Assembly (NCBI GenBank): GCA_049720225.1
Contig: JBNASD010000004.1
Span: 1,117-65,116 of the forward strand
Length of the DNA stretch: 64,000 nt
From: Microgenomates group bacterium
GTDB lineage: Bacteria; Patescibacteriota; Microgenomatia; PFEM01; JBNASD01
Direction of reading: 5' to 3'
The notes below the pieces were generated by a model. The model did not search any database and was not told the origin of the DNA. It was given only the letters and a program-made list of their open reading frames with translations. The translations under genes were made by a program, and so were the position numbers. Of this stretch, positions 55,848 to 64,000 are shown piece after piece. Positions within the stretch are counted from its first letter, which is position 1; the number at the start of each line of letters is the position of its first letter.

Positions 55848-57911
55848 ATGCTATCTGATTTTTTATTTATTTTATATTGGTGGATATTACTTTTTGGAAT
55901 AGGGGTAGTTTTTTTGCCTTTAACCTTTTTAATTTTTGAAAATTTTTTTGATAAAGGTTATGTGTTTTCCAAGATTTTAGGTATATTAATTATTTCCTAC
56001 TTAACTTGGCTTTTAGGAAGCTTAAGAATACTTCCTTTTACGAACTCGACGATTTGGTTATTAATTTTCTTTAGTGTTTCCTTAAATTACTATTTACTTT
56101 TAAAAAGCAAAAATTCAAAAGTAAAAAATAAAAATTTAAAATTTAAAATTCTTTTAAGTAAAAAATGGAAAATATTTGTTTTTGAGGAAATTTTGTTTTT
56201 GAGTACTTTAGCCTTTTGGTCTTTTATTCGTGGTTTTCAACCCAGTATTCAAGGTTTAGAAAAATTTATGGATTATGGTTTTGTTAACTCTATCTTGCGT
56301 TCTAAATATTTTCCTCCAGTAGATATGTGGTTAGCAGGAGAAACAATAAATTACTATTATTTTGGTCATTTAGTTTCCGCAGTTTTGACTAAACTTTCCG
56401 AAATTGATTCGGCGATTACTTATAACTTAATGATGGCGACTTTATTTGCTTTTACTTTTACTGGAGCTTTTTGCTTTGGAGCAAACCTTGTTTCCAATTT
56501 AAAATTTAAAATTTTAAACTTTAAGTTGGTTACAACAGGAGGCATAATGACAGCTTTTTTATTAAGTTTAGGTAGCAATCTTCATCCACTTTGGTATTTT
56601 CTTAAAAATAGTAGTTACAAAGGTTATTGGTATCCTGATGCAACAAGATTTATAGTACAAATTTTTGGTGCTAAAGATAACACTATTCACGAGTTCCCTG
56701 CTTATAGTTTTGTAGTTGCTGACTTACATGGTCATCTTTTAAATTTGCCCTTTGTTATTCTTTTTTTATCATTGATGCTTTCTTTTGTTATAGATATAAA
56801 CAAAGATTGGAAGTTGAGAAATGAAAATTTAATTATTTCCTCATTACTACTAGGGACTTTTTATGTGACTAACACATGGGACTTTGCAATTTATAATTTA
56901 GTTTTTGGGGGGTTAATTTTGTTATTTAATTATTTAAGATATAAATTTGCGTTGTTAACAATTTTAGATACCGCAAGGATTGTTTTTCCAGTTTTTATTG
57001 GATCATTTTTATTTAGTTTGCCATTTCATATTAAATTTAAAAGCTTAGTAGGGGGGATTGCTTTTGCTGATTTTCATTCGCCATTATGGATGCTTTTAGT
57101 TTTATGGGGATTTCCCTTATTTATTTTTTTAAGTTTTCTATTGTTTATTAAACTAAAAAAAGATGAATTATTAATTGCCGATTATTTTATTCTTCTTATT
57201 TGGGGAGTTTCTTGGTTTTTAATTATTTTTCCGGAATTTTTCTATATTAAAGATATTTACACTCATTCTTACCAAAGAGCTAATACTATGTTTAAGCTAA
57301 CTTATCAATCTTTTGTTATGTTTTATTTAACTAGTTTTTATATAATTTTTAAAATAATAATTTCACTAAAAAAGGGCATTTTAAAGTTTTTATTTTTAAA
57401 TTTAAACTTTATTTTCTTAATTTTTATATTAGGAATTTATCCTTATTTTGCTATTAAATCTTATTATGGATTAAAAATTTATCGTGGTCTTTATGGACTT
57501 GATTTTCTTAGACGTAATTATTCCGATGACTATCAAGCAATTTTGTGGTTGAAAAAAAATATTCACGGTCAACCCGTTATTGTAGAAGCAGTAGGGGAAA
57601 GTTATACTGATTTTGCTCGGGTTTCCGTTAATACTGGTTTACCAACAATTCTAGGTTGGCGAGTTCATGAATGGCTTTGGCGAGGCTCTTTTGACGAGCC
57701 GGGAAAAAGAACTGGAGAAGTTCAAGAAATTTACGAATCAAGAGATTTAAGAAGAACAAAAATGCTTTTGGATAAATATAATGCAGAATATGTTTTTATT
57801 GGAACTTTAGAAAGACAGCAGTATCCAAATCTTAATGAAGAAAAATTTGAAAATTTGGGAAAATTAGTTTTTGTTTCCGGAAACACAAAAATTTACAAAA
57901 TTGACCGCTAA
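55848..57911 (+). CDS. DUF2298 / YYY-type membrane protein, putative glycosyltransferase
   Basis: EKFMD, INYYYFGH, EFPAYSF..DLHGH, NTMFK, GWRVHE. Confidence 0.8.
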   Translation: MLSDFLFILYWWILLFGIGVVFLPLTFLIFENFFDKGYVFSKILGILIISYLTWLLGSLRILPFTNSTIWLLIFFSVSLNYYLLLKSKNSKVKNKNLKFKILLSKKWKIFVFEEILFLSTLAFWSFIRGFQPSIQGLEKFMDYGFVNSILRSKYFPPVDMWLAGETINYYYFGHLVSAVLTKLSEIDSAITYNLMMATLFAFTFTGAFCFGANLVSNLKFKILNFKLVTTGGIMTAFLLSLGSNLHPLWYFLKNSSYKGYWYPDATRFIVQIFGAKDNTIHEFPAYSFVVADLHGHLLNLPFVILFLSLMLSFVIDINKDWKLRNENLIISSLLLGTFYVTNTWDFAIYNLVFGGLILLFNYLRYKFALLTILDTARIVFPVFIGSFLFSLPFHIKFKSLVGGIAFADFHSPLWMLLVLWGFPLFIFLSFLLFIKLKKDELLIADYFILLIWGVSWFLIIFPEFFYIKDIYTHSYQRANTMFKLTYQSFVMFYLTSFYIIFKIIISLKKGILKFLFLNLNFIFLIFILGIYPYFAIKSYYGLKIYRGLYGLDFLRRNYSDDYQAILWLKKNIHGQPVIVEAVGESYTDFARVSVNTGLPTILGWRVHEWLWRGSFDEPGKRTGEVQEIYESRDLRRTKMLLDKYNAEYVFIGTLERQQYPNLNEEKFENLGKLVFVSGNTKIYKIDR

Positions 57912-58831
57912 TTATTTAAGAGTTCATTAACATATTTTTTTACGTCTTGCCAATCTTCTTTTTTAGGGATTAAAACCCATTGATTATCATATTTTTCTTT
58001 ATTCTTTGGATTAATTAAGAATTGATCGTTTAGAATTGCAGTTTTTATATTTTTATTTTTTATAGTTATACCTAACTTTAATAATTGCCAATAATCTTGG
58101 GGCGGAATATCAGTTTTAATATTTAAATTAATTAGTTTAATTAATTGGATTACCTTTCTTGGGGAAGAAAGAAATTCAAAAGATAAAATTTTATTTTTAA
58201 TTGCCAAAATTACTTTTTGTTGGCGCTGTGCCCGGGCAAAATCAGTTCCTTCTTCTCCCGAGGCATTTCGAGAACGAACGAATTTTAAAGCGGTTTCTCC
58301 ATCCATTAATTGTTTCCCTGCTTCAAAATGAACATGTTCGTAGCGACATTTAAATTCAGGATCACCATTACATAAATCATTTTCTTTTCCAGCAATTGGA
58401 TATTTATAATCATCAAAACTTCGTTCAACGTCTACTTCAATTCCTCCCAAAAAATCAATAATTTTTTTGAAAATGTTAAAGTCAACAATTATTCCGTAAT
58501 CTGGTTTTTGACCAATAATTTCCTCAATAGTATTTTTGGTTTCTTGCAGTCCTTTATAATGATAAACACTATTTATTTTTATTCGCCATTGAGGAATCCA
58601 AATATCGCGGGGAATAGATAAAAGGAGGATATTCTTTGCTGAGGGATTAAGAGAAATGAAAATGATTGTATCAGTAAGATCTTTTCCTGGATGGTTTTCT
58701 CCCCCTATTCCTAAAATTAAAATATTTGTTGGTTTAAGAGGGATTTTTTTCCAAAAATACCAAAAATAAAAACTTCCACCTAATCCCAAGATAATTAAAA
58801 ATAAACAAATAAAAATAATTAATTTTTTCAT
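57908..58831 (-). CDS. LCP (LytR-CpsA-Psr) family protein
   Basis: NILILG, TDTI, SIPRD, FVRSR, DFARAQRQQ. Confidence 0.92.
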   Translation of the reverse strand: MKKLIIFICLFLIILGLGGSFYFWYFWKKIPLKPTNILILGIGGENHPGKDLTDTIIFISLNPSAKNILLLSIPRDIWIPQWRIKINSVYHYKGLQETKNTIEEIIGQKPDYGIIVDFNIFKKIIDFLGGIEVDVERSFDDYKYPIAGKENDLCNGDPEFKCRYEHVHFEAGKQLMDGETALKFVRSRNASGEEGTDFARAQRQQKVILAIKNKILSFEFLSSPRKVIQLIKLINLNIKTDIPPQDYWQLLKLGITIKNKNIKTAILNDQFLINPKNKEKYDNQWVLIPKKEDWQDVKKYVNELLNN

Positions 58832-58846
58832 GTTAAAATTAGATTA

Positions 58847-60697
58847 ATGAACGATGATATTTTAGCGCAATTAAATCCATCTCAGCAAGAAGCAGTAAAA
58901 TATTTAGGAGGGCCTCTTTTAATTTTAGCCGGTCCAGGTTCGGGAAAAACGCGGGTTTTGACTTATAAAGCAGTTTGGTTAATTAAGAAAAAATTTTTTC
59001 CTCAAGAAATTCTTCTTTTAACGTTTACTAATAAAGCAGCTGATGAAATGAAGCAAAGAATTATTAGTCTTTTAAATAAAAAAATTAACCATTTTCCTTT
59101 TGCAGGAACATTTCATTCTTTTTGCGTTCGGGTTTTGCGTCAGGATGGGGAAAAAATCGGTATTCCCTCCGATTTTATTATTTACGATGAAGATGATCAG
59201 AAAGAATTAATTAAACAAGCAATGGGAGAGATTAATATTTCTTCAGAAAAATTTTCTCCCATTTCAATTTTAAAAACAATTTCTCAGGCTAAAAACGAAC
59301 TAATTTCTGCCTTAGAATATCCTCAATATATTAATGGAGACTATCAGTTTACAATTGCCAGAATATATTTAACTTATGAAAGATTATTAAAAAAATATCA
59401 TGCCTTAGATTTTGATGATTTAATTTTAAAAACCGTTTTTCTTTTTCAGAATAATCCAGAAATTTTAAGAAAATATCAAAATAGATTTAGGTATTTTCTT
59501 ATTGATGAATATCAAGATACTAATCAAGCTCAATATCTTTTAACTAAACTTTTGGCAGGAAAAACAAAAAATCTTACAGTAGTAGGAGATGCTTGCCAAG
59601 CAATTTACGGTTTTAGAGGGGCTAATTATCGTAATCTTTTAAATCTTAAGGAAGACTTTCCTAATTTAAAAATTATTAATCTTGAGGAAAACTATCGCTC
59701 AACAAAAATTATTCTAAATGCTGCTTGGGATTTGATCAGAAAAAATACTACTCATCCAGTTTTAAAACTTTATACCACTAATCCAAAAGGAGACCCAATT
59801 ACTTTATATCAGGCAAAAGATCAAGAAGACGAAGCTTTATTTATTGTAAAAACGATTAAAAATTCTTCTCGTTTTCTTTCTGATTTTGCCGTGTTATATC
59901 GAACCAATGCTCAATCGAGAGTAATTGAAGAAGCATTTTTAAAAGCGGGAATCCCTTATATTTTAGTAGGAGGATTTCGCTTTTATGAAAGAAAAGAAAT
60001 TAAAGATTGTATTGCTTATTTAAGATTGCTTATTAATCCCAAAGAAGAGGTTTCCTTAAAAAGGGTTAAACTTCTGGGTAAAAAACGTTTTAAAAAATTC
60101 GAAGAATTTCGGAAAAAATTTATTTGGCAAAATTATTCTTCGCTGGAAATTTTAGATAAAGTTTTAGAAGTAACCAATTATTTAGAAAAATTTAATTCCC
60201 AAAAAGAAGAAGATTTTTCTCGGTTAGAAAATATTAAAGAACTTCGTTCGGTAGCAGCAGAATACCCTTCCTTAGTTGATTTTCTTGAAAGAGTTAGCCT
60301 TCTATCTCAAGAATATTTAATTACTTCTTCTAATTCTAACGGAGAAAAAAAAGCAGTAACTTTAATGACCGTTCATGCAGCAAAAGGAACCGAATTTCCC
60401 GTTATTTTTTTGGTAGGAATGGAGGAAGGGTTATTTCCTCATCTTAAAAGCTTAGATGATAAAGAGGGAATTGAAGAAGAAAGAAGGTTATGTTATGTAG
60501 GAATAACTAGGGCAAAAGAAAAAATCTATTTAAGTTTTGCTTATTCAAGGTTTTATTTTGGGCGATGGTTTCATTCGCTACCCTCTCGGTTTTTATCTGA
60601 TTTATCACCCGATTATTTAGAGTTAATTATTAGTCCTTATTTAAAGGAAGATAAGAAAGAAAATGAACAAATTCAAAATTCAGGAGATTTCTTCTGA
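58847..60697 (+). CDS. pcrA: ATP-dependent DNA helicase UvrD/PcrA
   Basis: AGPGSGKT, DEYQDTN, YRTNAQSR, EERRLCYVGITRA. Confidence 0.92.
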   Translation: MNDDILAQLNPSQQEAVKYLGGPLLILAGPGSGKTRVLTYKAVWLIKKKFFPQEILLLTFTNKAADEMKQRIISLLNKKINHFPFAGTFHSFCVRVLRQDGEKIGIPSDFIIYDEDDQKELIKQAMGEINISSEKFSPISILKTISQAKNELISALEYPQYINGDYQFTIARIYLTYERLLKKYHALDFDDLILKTVFLFQNNPEILRKYQNRFRYFLIDEYQDTNQAQYLLTKLLAGKTKNLTVVGDACQAIYGFRGANYRNLLNLKEDFPNLKIINLEENYRSTKIILNAAWDLIRKNTTHPVLKLYTTNPKGDPITLYQAKDQEDEALFIVKTIKNSSRFLSDFAVLYRTNAQSRVIEEAFLKAGIPYILVGGFRFYERKEIKDCIAYLRLLINPKEEVSLKRVKLLGKKRFKKFEEFRKKFIWQNYSSLEILDKVLEVTNYLEKFNSQKEEDFSRLENIKELRSVAAEYPSLVDFLERVSLLSQEYLITSSNSNGEKKAVTLMTVHAAKGTEFPVIFLVGMEEGLFPHLKSLDDKEGIEEERRLCYVGITRAKEKIYLSFAYSRFYFGRWFHSLPSRFLSDLSPDYLELIISPYLKEDKKENEQIQNSGDFF

Positions 60698-61700
60698 ATA
60701 TAAAGATCAATTTAATAAAGTAGTCAATCATCCTCTCCAAAGTTGGGAGTGGGGGGAGTTTAGAAAAAAAACAGGAGTAGAAGTAGTCCGCTTGGGGGTT
60801 TTTGACAATAATCAATTAAAAGAAGGGTGGCAGTTATTTTTTCATTCTCTTCCAAAATTACCTTTTAAGATAGGTTACTTTCCTCGTGGGCCAAAGCCAA
60901 ACAAAAAAATGTTAATGGTTTTAGAGGAGATTGGCAAAAAAAAGAAAGCAATTTTTATCAAAATTGAACCGAATGTTGCTTTTCCCTATCCTTCTTTGGA
61001 AATTAAAAAAATAAAAAAAGAACTGTTGAAAAATAAAAATTTAAAGGAAGGAAAGCCTCTTTTTACGCGATTTAGTTTTTGGTTGGATTTAAAAAAAGAT
61101 GAAGAAGAAATTTTAAAGGCAATGAAACCAAAAACTCGCTATAATATTCGGTTGGCTTTTCGCAAAGGAGTAAAAGTTGAAGAAGATAATTCTTTTTCTG
61201 CTTTTAAAATCTACTTAAACCTTCTTAAAGAGACTACTAAAAGACAAAAATTTTACGCTCATACTCCCTTATACCACCAACTTTTGTGGGAAACTTTAAA
61301 AGATAGCGGAATTTATCATTTACTTTTGGCGAAGTATCAAAAAGAAGTTTTAGCCGCTTATATTTTTTTTACTTTTAAGGATTTTTTGTATTATCCTTAT
61401 GGCGCTTCTACTAGAAGTCATAAGGAATTAATGGCTCCTTATGCTTTGTTTTGGCAGGCAATTAAAATGGCAAAAGAAAAAGGATGTTGCGCTTTTGACA
61501 TGTGGGGAGCTTTAGGACCTAATCCTTCTTCAAAAGATCCTTGGTTTGGATTTCATCGTTTTAAAGAAGGATTTAATCCTCAATTAATGGAATTTTTAGG
61601 TAGTTTTGACTTGGTTCTTTCTTGGCCGCTTTACTTTCTTTTTCGCGGAGGGGATTTTTTGCGCTGGTTTTTTCTCCGCTTTTTCCGTCACTTGTTTTAA
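60663..61700 (+). CDS. FemABX family peptidoglycan bridge aminoacyltransferase
   Basis: LQSWEWG, PRGP, KTRYNIRLA, YPYGAS, FKEGF. Confidence 0.9.
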   Translation: MNKFKIQEISSEYKDQFNKVVNHPLQSWEWGEFRKKTGVEVVRLGVFDNNQLKEGWQLFFHSLPKLPFKIGYFPRGPKPNKKMLMVLEEIGKKKKAIFIKIEPNVAFPYPSLEIKKIKKELLKNKNLKEGKPLFTRFSFWLDLKKDEEEILKAMKPKTRYNIRLAFRKGVKVEEDNSFSAFKIYLNLLKETTKRQKFYAHTPLYHQLLWETLKDSGIYHLLLAKYQKEVLAAYIFFTFKDFLYYPYGASTRSHKELMAPYALFWQAIKMAKEKGCCAFDMWGALGPNPSSKDPWFGFHRFKEGFNPQLMEFLGSFDLVLSWPLYFLFRGGDFLRWFFLRFFRHLF

Positions 61701-61925
61701 AATTTTGGCCAATTGAGACTTTAATCTTGCCGCTTTATTTTTATGAATGACTTTATTTTTTGCTGCCCGATCAATTAAACTTACCGCTAACCTAAACGTT
61801 TTTTCATTGATATTTTTTTTAAACGCTTTAATGGCGTCTTTCATTTTCTTTTTTCTTTTTTGATTAATGATTGTTCGCCGACGATCTTTTCTTAAAGCTC
61901 GTTTAGCTGACTGGGTAACTGGCAT
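61596..61925 (-). CDS. rpsT: 30S ribosomal protein bS20 with basic C-terminal extension
   Basis: SAKRALR, IDRAAKNKVIHKNKAARLKS. Confidence 0.92.
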   Translation of the reverse strand: MPVTQSAKRALRKDRRRTIINQKRKKKMKDAIKAFKKNINEKTFRLAVSLIDRAAKNKVIHKNKAARLKSQLAKILKQVTEKAEKKPAQKIPSAKKKVKRPRKNQVKTT

Positions 61926-61999
61926 AATATTTATTAAAACTTCTTTATAACTTTTAATTATTGTCTTAAAAATTATACCGTTTTATAATTAAAAAAGCA

Positions 62000-63703
62000 A
62001 TGATCAAACTTCTTTTTAAAAACGGTTCCAAGATTCTTACCCAACAACAAAAAAGTATTTTTTCGGCAGCCTTAATAATTATGGTAATGATTGCTGCCTC
62101 GCGAATTTTGGGATTGTTAAGAAATCGAGTTTTAGCTCACTTTTTTTCTCCAGAAACTTTGTCTATTTATTTTTCTGCATTTCGTTTGCCAGAAACTATT
62201 TTTGAGGTTTTAATTTTTGGTACTTTATCTTCAGCTTTTATTCCTACTTTTACTGCTTATCTTTCTAAAAGAGAAGAAAAAGAAGCATGGTATATTACTT
62301 CTGTGGTGATTAATTTAGGATTGATATTTTTTCTAATTTTAGCAACTTTATTTTTTGTTTTAAGTAGACCTTTATATCAACTAATTGCGCCGGGATTTTC
62401 TTGCTCTCAAAGAGAGCTTATTGTTAATTTATCGCGAATTCTTTTAATTGCTCAAGGTTTTTTTGTTCTTAGTTATTTTTTAACCGCGGTTTTAGAATCT
62501 TTTCAACGATTTTTAATTCCGGCAATTTCTCCTTTATTTTATAATTTAGGAATTATTTTGGGAACAATTTTTTTAGCTAAAAAATGGGGAATTTATGCAC
62601 CAACTTTGGGAGCAGTAATTGGGGCTTTTTTTCATTTTTTAATTCAACTTCCCTTAGCTTATCATTTAGGTTTTCGGCCTTCTTTAGTTTTTAATGTCTT
62701 TCATCCGGGGGTAAGAAAAATTGGCAAATTGGCTCTTCCTCGAATACTTGAGCTTTCTTTTTTGCAGATTAGCAAAAGCGCAGAATTGTTTTTAGCTTCT
62801 TTAGTTTCTACCGCCGCTTATACTTATTATACCTTTGCCAATTCCTTACAGCTTTTACCTGTAGGCCTTTTTGGAACTAGTATCGCCAAGGCGGCTCTTC
62901 CTTCATTATCATATCAAAACGCTCGAGGAGATCAGGAGGAATTTAAGAATACTTTGATTTCTTTGGTTAAACAAATTATTTTTTTGACTTTACCTCTTTC
63001 TGTTTTTTTAGTAGTTTTGCGTATTCCCTTAGTTCGTCTTGTTTTTGGGGCAGCGCAATTTACTTGGGAGTCAACGGTTCAAACCGGTTTGACAGTTTCT
63101 GCTTTTTGTTTAGGAATTGCCCCCCAGTCTTTAGTTTATCTTTTGAATCGCGCCTTTTATGCCTTTCATGATACCAAAACGCCGGTAAAGATTTCTATAA
63201 TTACCATGTTGATAAATATTCTCCTAGGGGCAATTTTTATTTTATTATTTAAATTACCCATTTGGAGTTTGGCTTTAGCTTTTTCTTTAGCTGTGGTTAT
63301 TCAAGTTTTAATATTAACGTTTTCTCTTCGGAAAATGGTTAATTTTTCTGTTTTTGATTTATTTTTATATTTAATAAAAATTAGCTTTTGTTCTTTAATT
63401 TCTGGAGGAATAATGTTTTTCTTTTTAAAAGTCTTAGACCGTTCTGTTTGGGATAAGCGACTTTCTTTTTTAGGAAAATTAGGTTTGGCTTTACCGGTAT
63501 CTTTTGATCGATTTGTTTTGGATACGCGATATACTGTAAATTTAATTTTTTTAACTATCATTGTAGGAGCTTTGGGATTAATTACTTATTTTTGTTTAAT
63601 TAAAATTTTAAAAATAGAAGAACTAAAGGTGTTGATTAAACTATTGGTTAGATTTAAACGACCAATAATGGTTCCTCCAATTTCTCCAGAAAAGGATGGT
63701 TAA
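62000..63703 (+). CDS. murJ: Lipid II flippase MurJ
   Basis: SRILGLLR, AFRLPE, SAFIP, RAFYAFHDTKTP. Confidence 0.93.
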   Translation: MIKLLFKNGSKILTQQQKSIFSAALIIMVMIAASRILGLLRNRVLAHFFSPETLSIYFSAFRLPETIFEVLIFGTLSSAFIPTFTAYLSKREEKEAWYITSVVINLGLIFFLILATLFFVLSRPLYQLIAPGFSCSQRELIVNLSRILLIAQGFFVLSYFLTAVLESFQRFLIPAISPLFYNLGIILGTIFLAKKWGIYAPTLGAVIGAFFHFLIQLPLAYHLGFRPSLVFNVFHPGVRKIGKLALPRILELSFLQISKSAELFLASLVSTAAYTYYTFANSLQLLPVGLFGTSIAKAALPSLSYQNARGDQEEFKNTLISLVKQIIFLTLPLSVFLVVLRIPLVRLVFGAAQFTWESTVQTGLTVSAFCLGIAPQSLVYLLNRAFYAFHDTKTPVKISIITMLINILLGAIFILLFKLPIWSLALAFSLAVVIQVLILTFSLRKMVNFSVFDLFLYLIKISFCSLISGGIMFFFLKVLDRSVWDKRLSFLGKLGLALPVSFDRFVLDTRYTVNLIFLTIIVGALGLITYFCLIKILKIEELKVLIKLLVRFKRPIMVPPISPEKDG

Positions 63704-64000
63704 ATTTTAGTAAGTTGAAGAAGAACGATATTATTTGAAGTTAAAGGAATTTGTCTTTGAAAGATTCCGTTAGTGATGGAAATTATAAAACGATTATTAA
63801 TTCCTCTTAAAAAAGTTTCTTGGTAAGAGTAGTTTCCGTTTTCAAGATTGTTAATAGTTAAAGGAACATTTTCAAAATGTTGATTATTTTTATCTAAATT
63901 CACAAGAATAATTTTTAAAGTATTTTCCTCTTTACTAGCAAAGCCAGTTACCCAACTTCCTTCACCTTCTAGCTTTATTTTTATCCCCGTCATTTTATTA
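63700..64000 (-). CDS. C-terminal beta-sandwich-like part of a gene entering from the right edge
   Basis: Frame stays open beyond ATG 63993 to the window end. Confidence 0.55.
   Translation of the reverse strand, partial: NKMTGIKIKLEGEGSWVTGFASKEENTLKIILVNLDKNNQHFENVPLTINNLENGNYSYQETFLRGINNRFIISITNGIFQRQIPLTSNNIVLLQLTKI

Noticed and set aside
1837-63561. Numerous 60-100 aa ORFs nested in or antisense to long genes (e.g. 1837, 3129, 8215, 12981, 16642, 21623, 29554, 33743, 41830, 63301)
   Set aside because: They overlap well-supported genes and show no recognisable motifs

Overview
AT-rich bacterial chromosomal segment using genetic code 11. Gene content points to Patescibacteria/CPR, probably Microgenomates (inference): DUF5667-like protein, VirD4-like ATPase, stand-alone 5'-3' exonuclease, ATP-dependent ligase, short ValS, UvrD-nuclease fusion, pilNO with Pro/Thr-rich surface proteins and GT-C glycosyltransferases. 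Most of the window is housekeeping, DNA repair and cell envelope genes, plus four tRNAs (Ile-UAU, fMet, Met, Trp). Two systems are missed by the ORF track. (1) A minimal RiPP locus: a 46-aa precursor (36776-36916, core SSLRTTKCCATGTCS) abuts a cyclase-less LanM-type dehydratase, with a divergent GNAT acetyltransferase. (2) A complete Trp-sensing ribosome attenuator: an 18-aa Trp-Trp leader peptide with 1:2, 2:3 and 3:4 hairpins lies inside a tRNA operon upstream of tRNA-Trp and trpS, and the likely trpS ATG shares its A with the tRNA's CCA end. Also noted: tRNA-Ile(UAU), gene-conversion-like tracts between two class A PBP paralogs, dispersed 7- and 8-bp periodic repeats, and pervasive leaderless-type promoters. 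All calls come from reading motifs by eye; no database searches were run.
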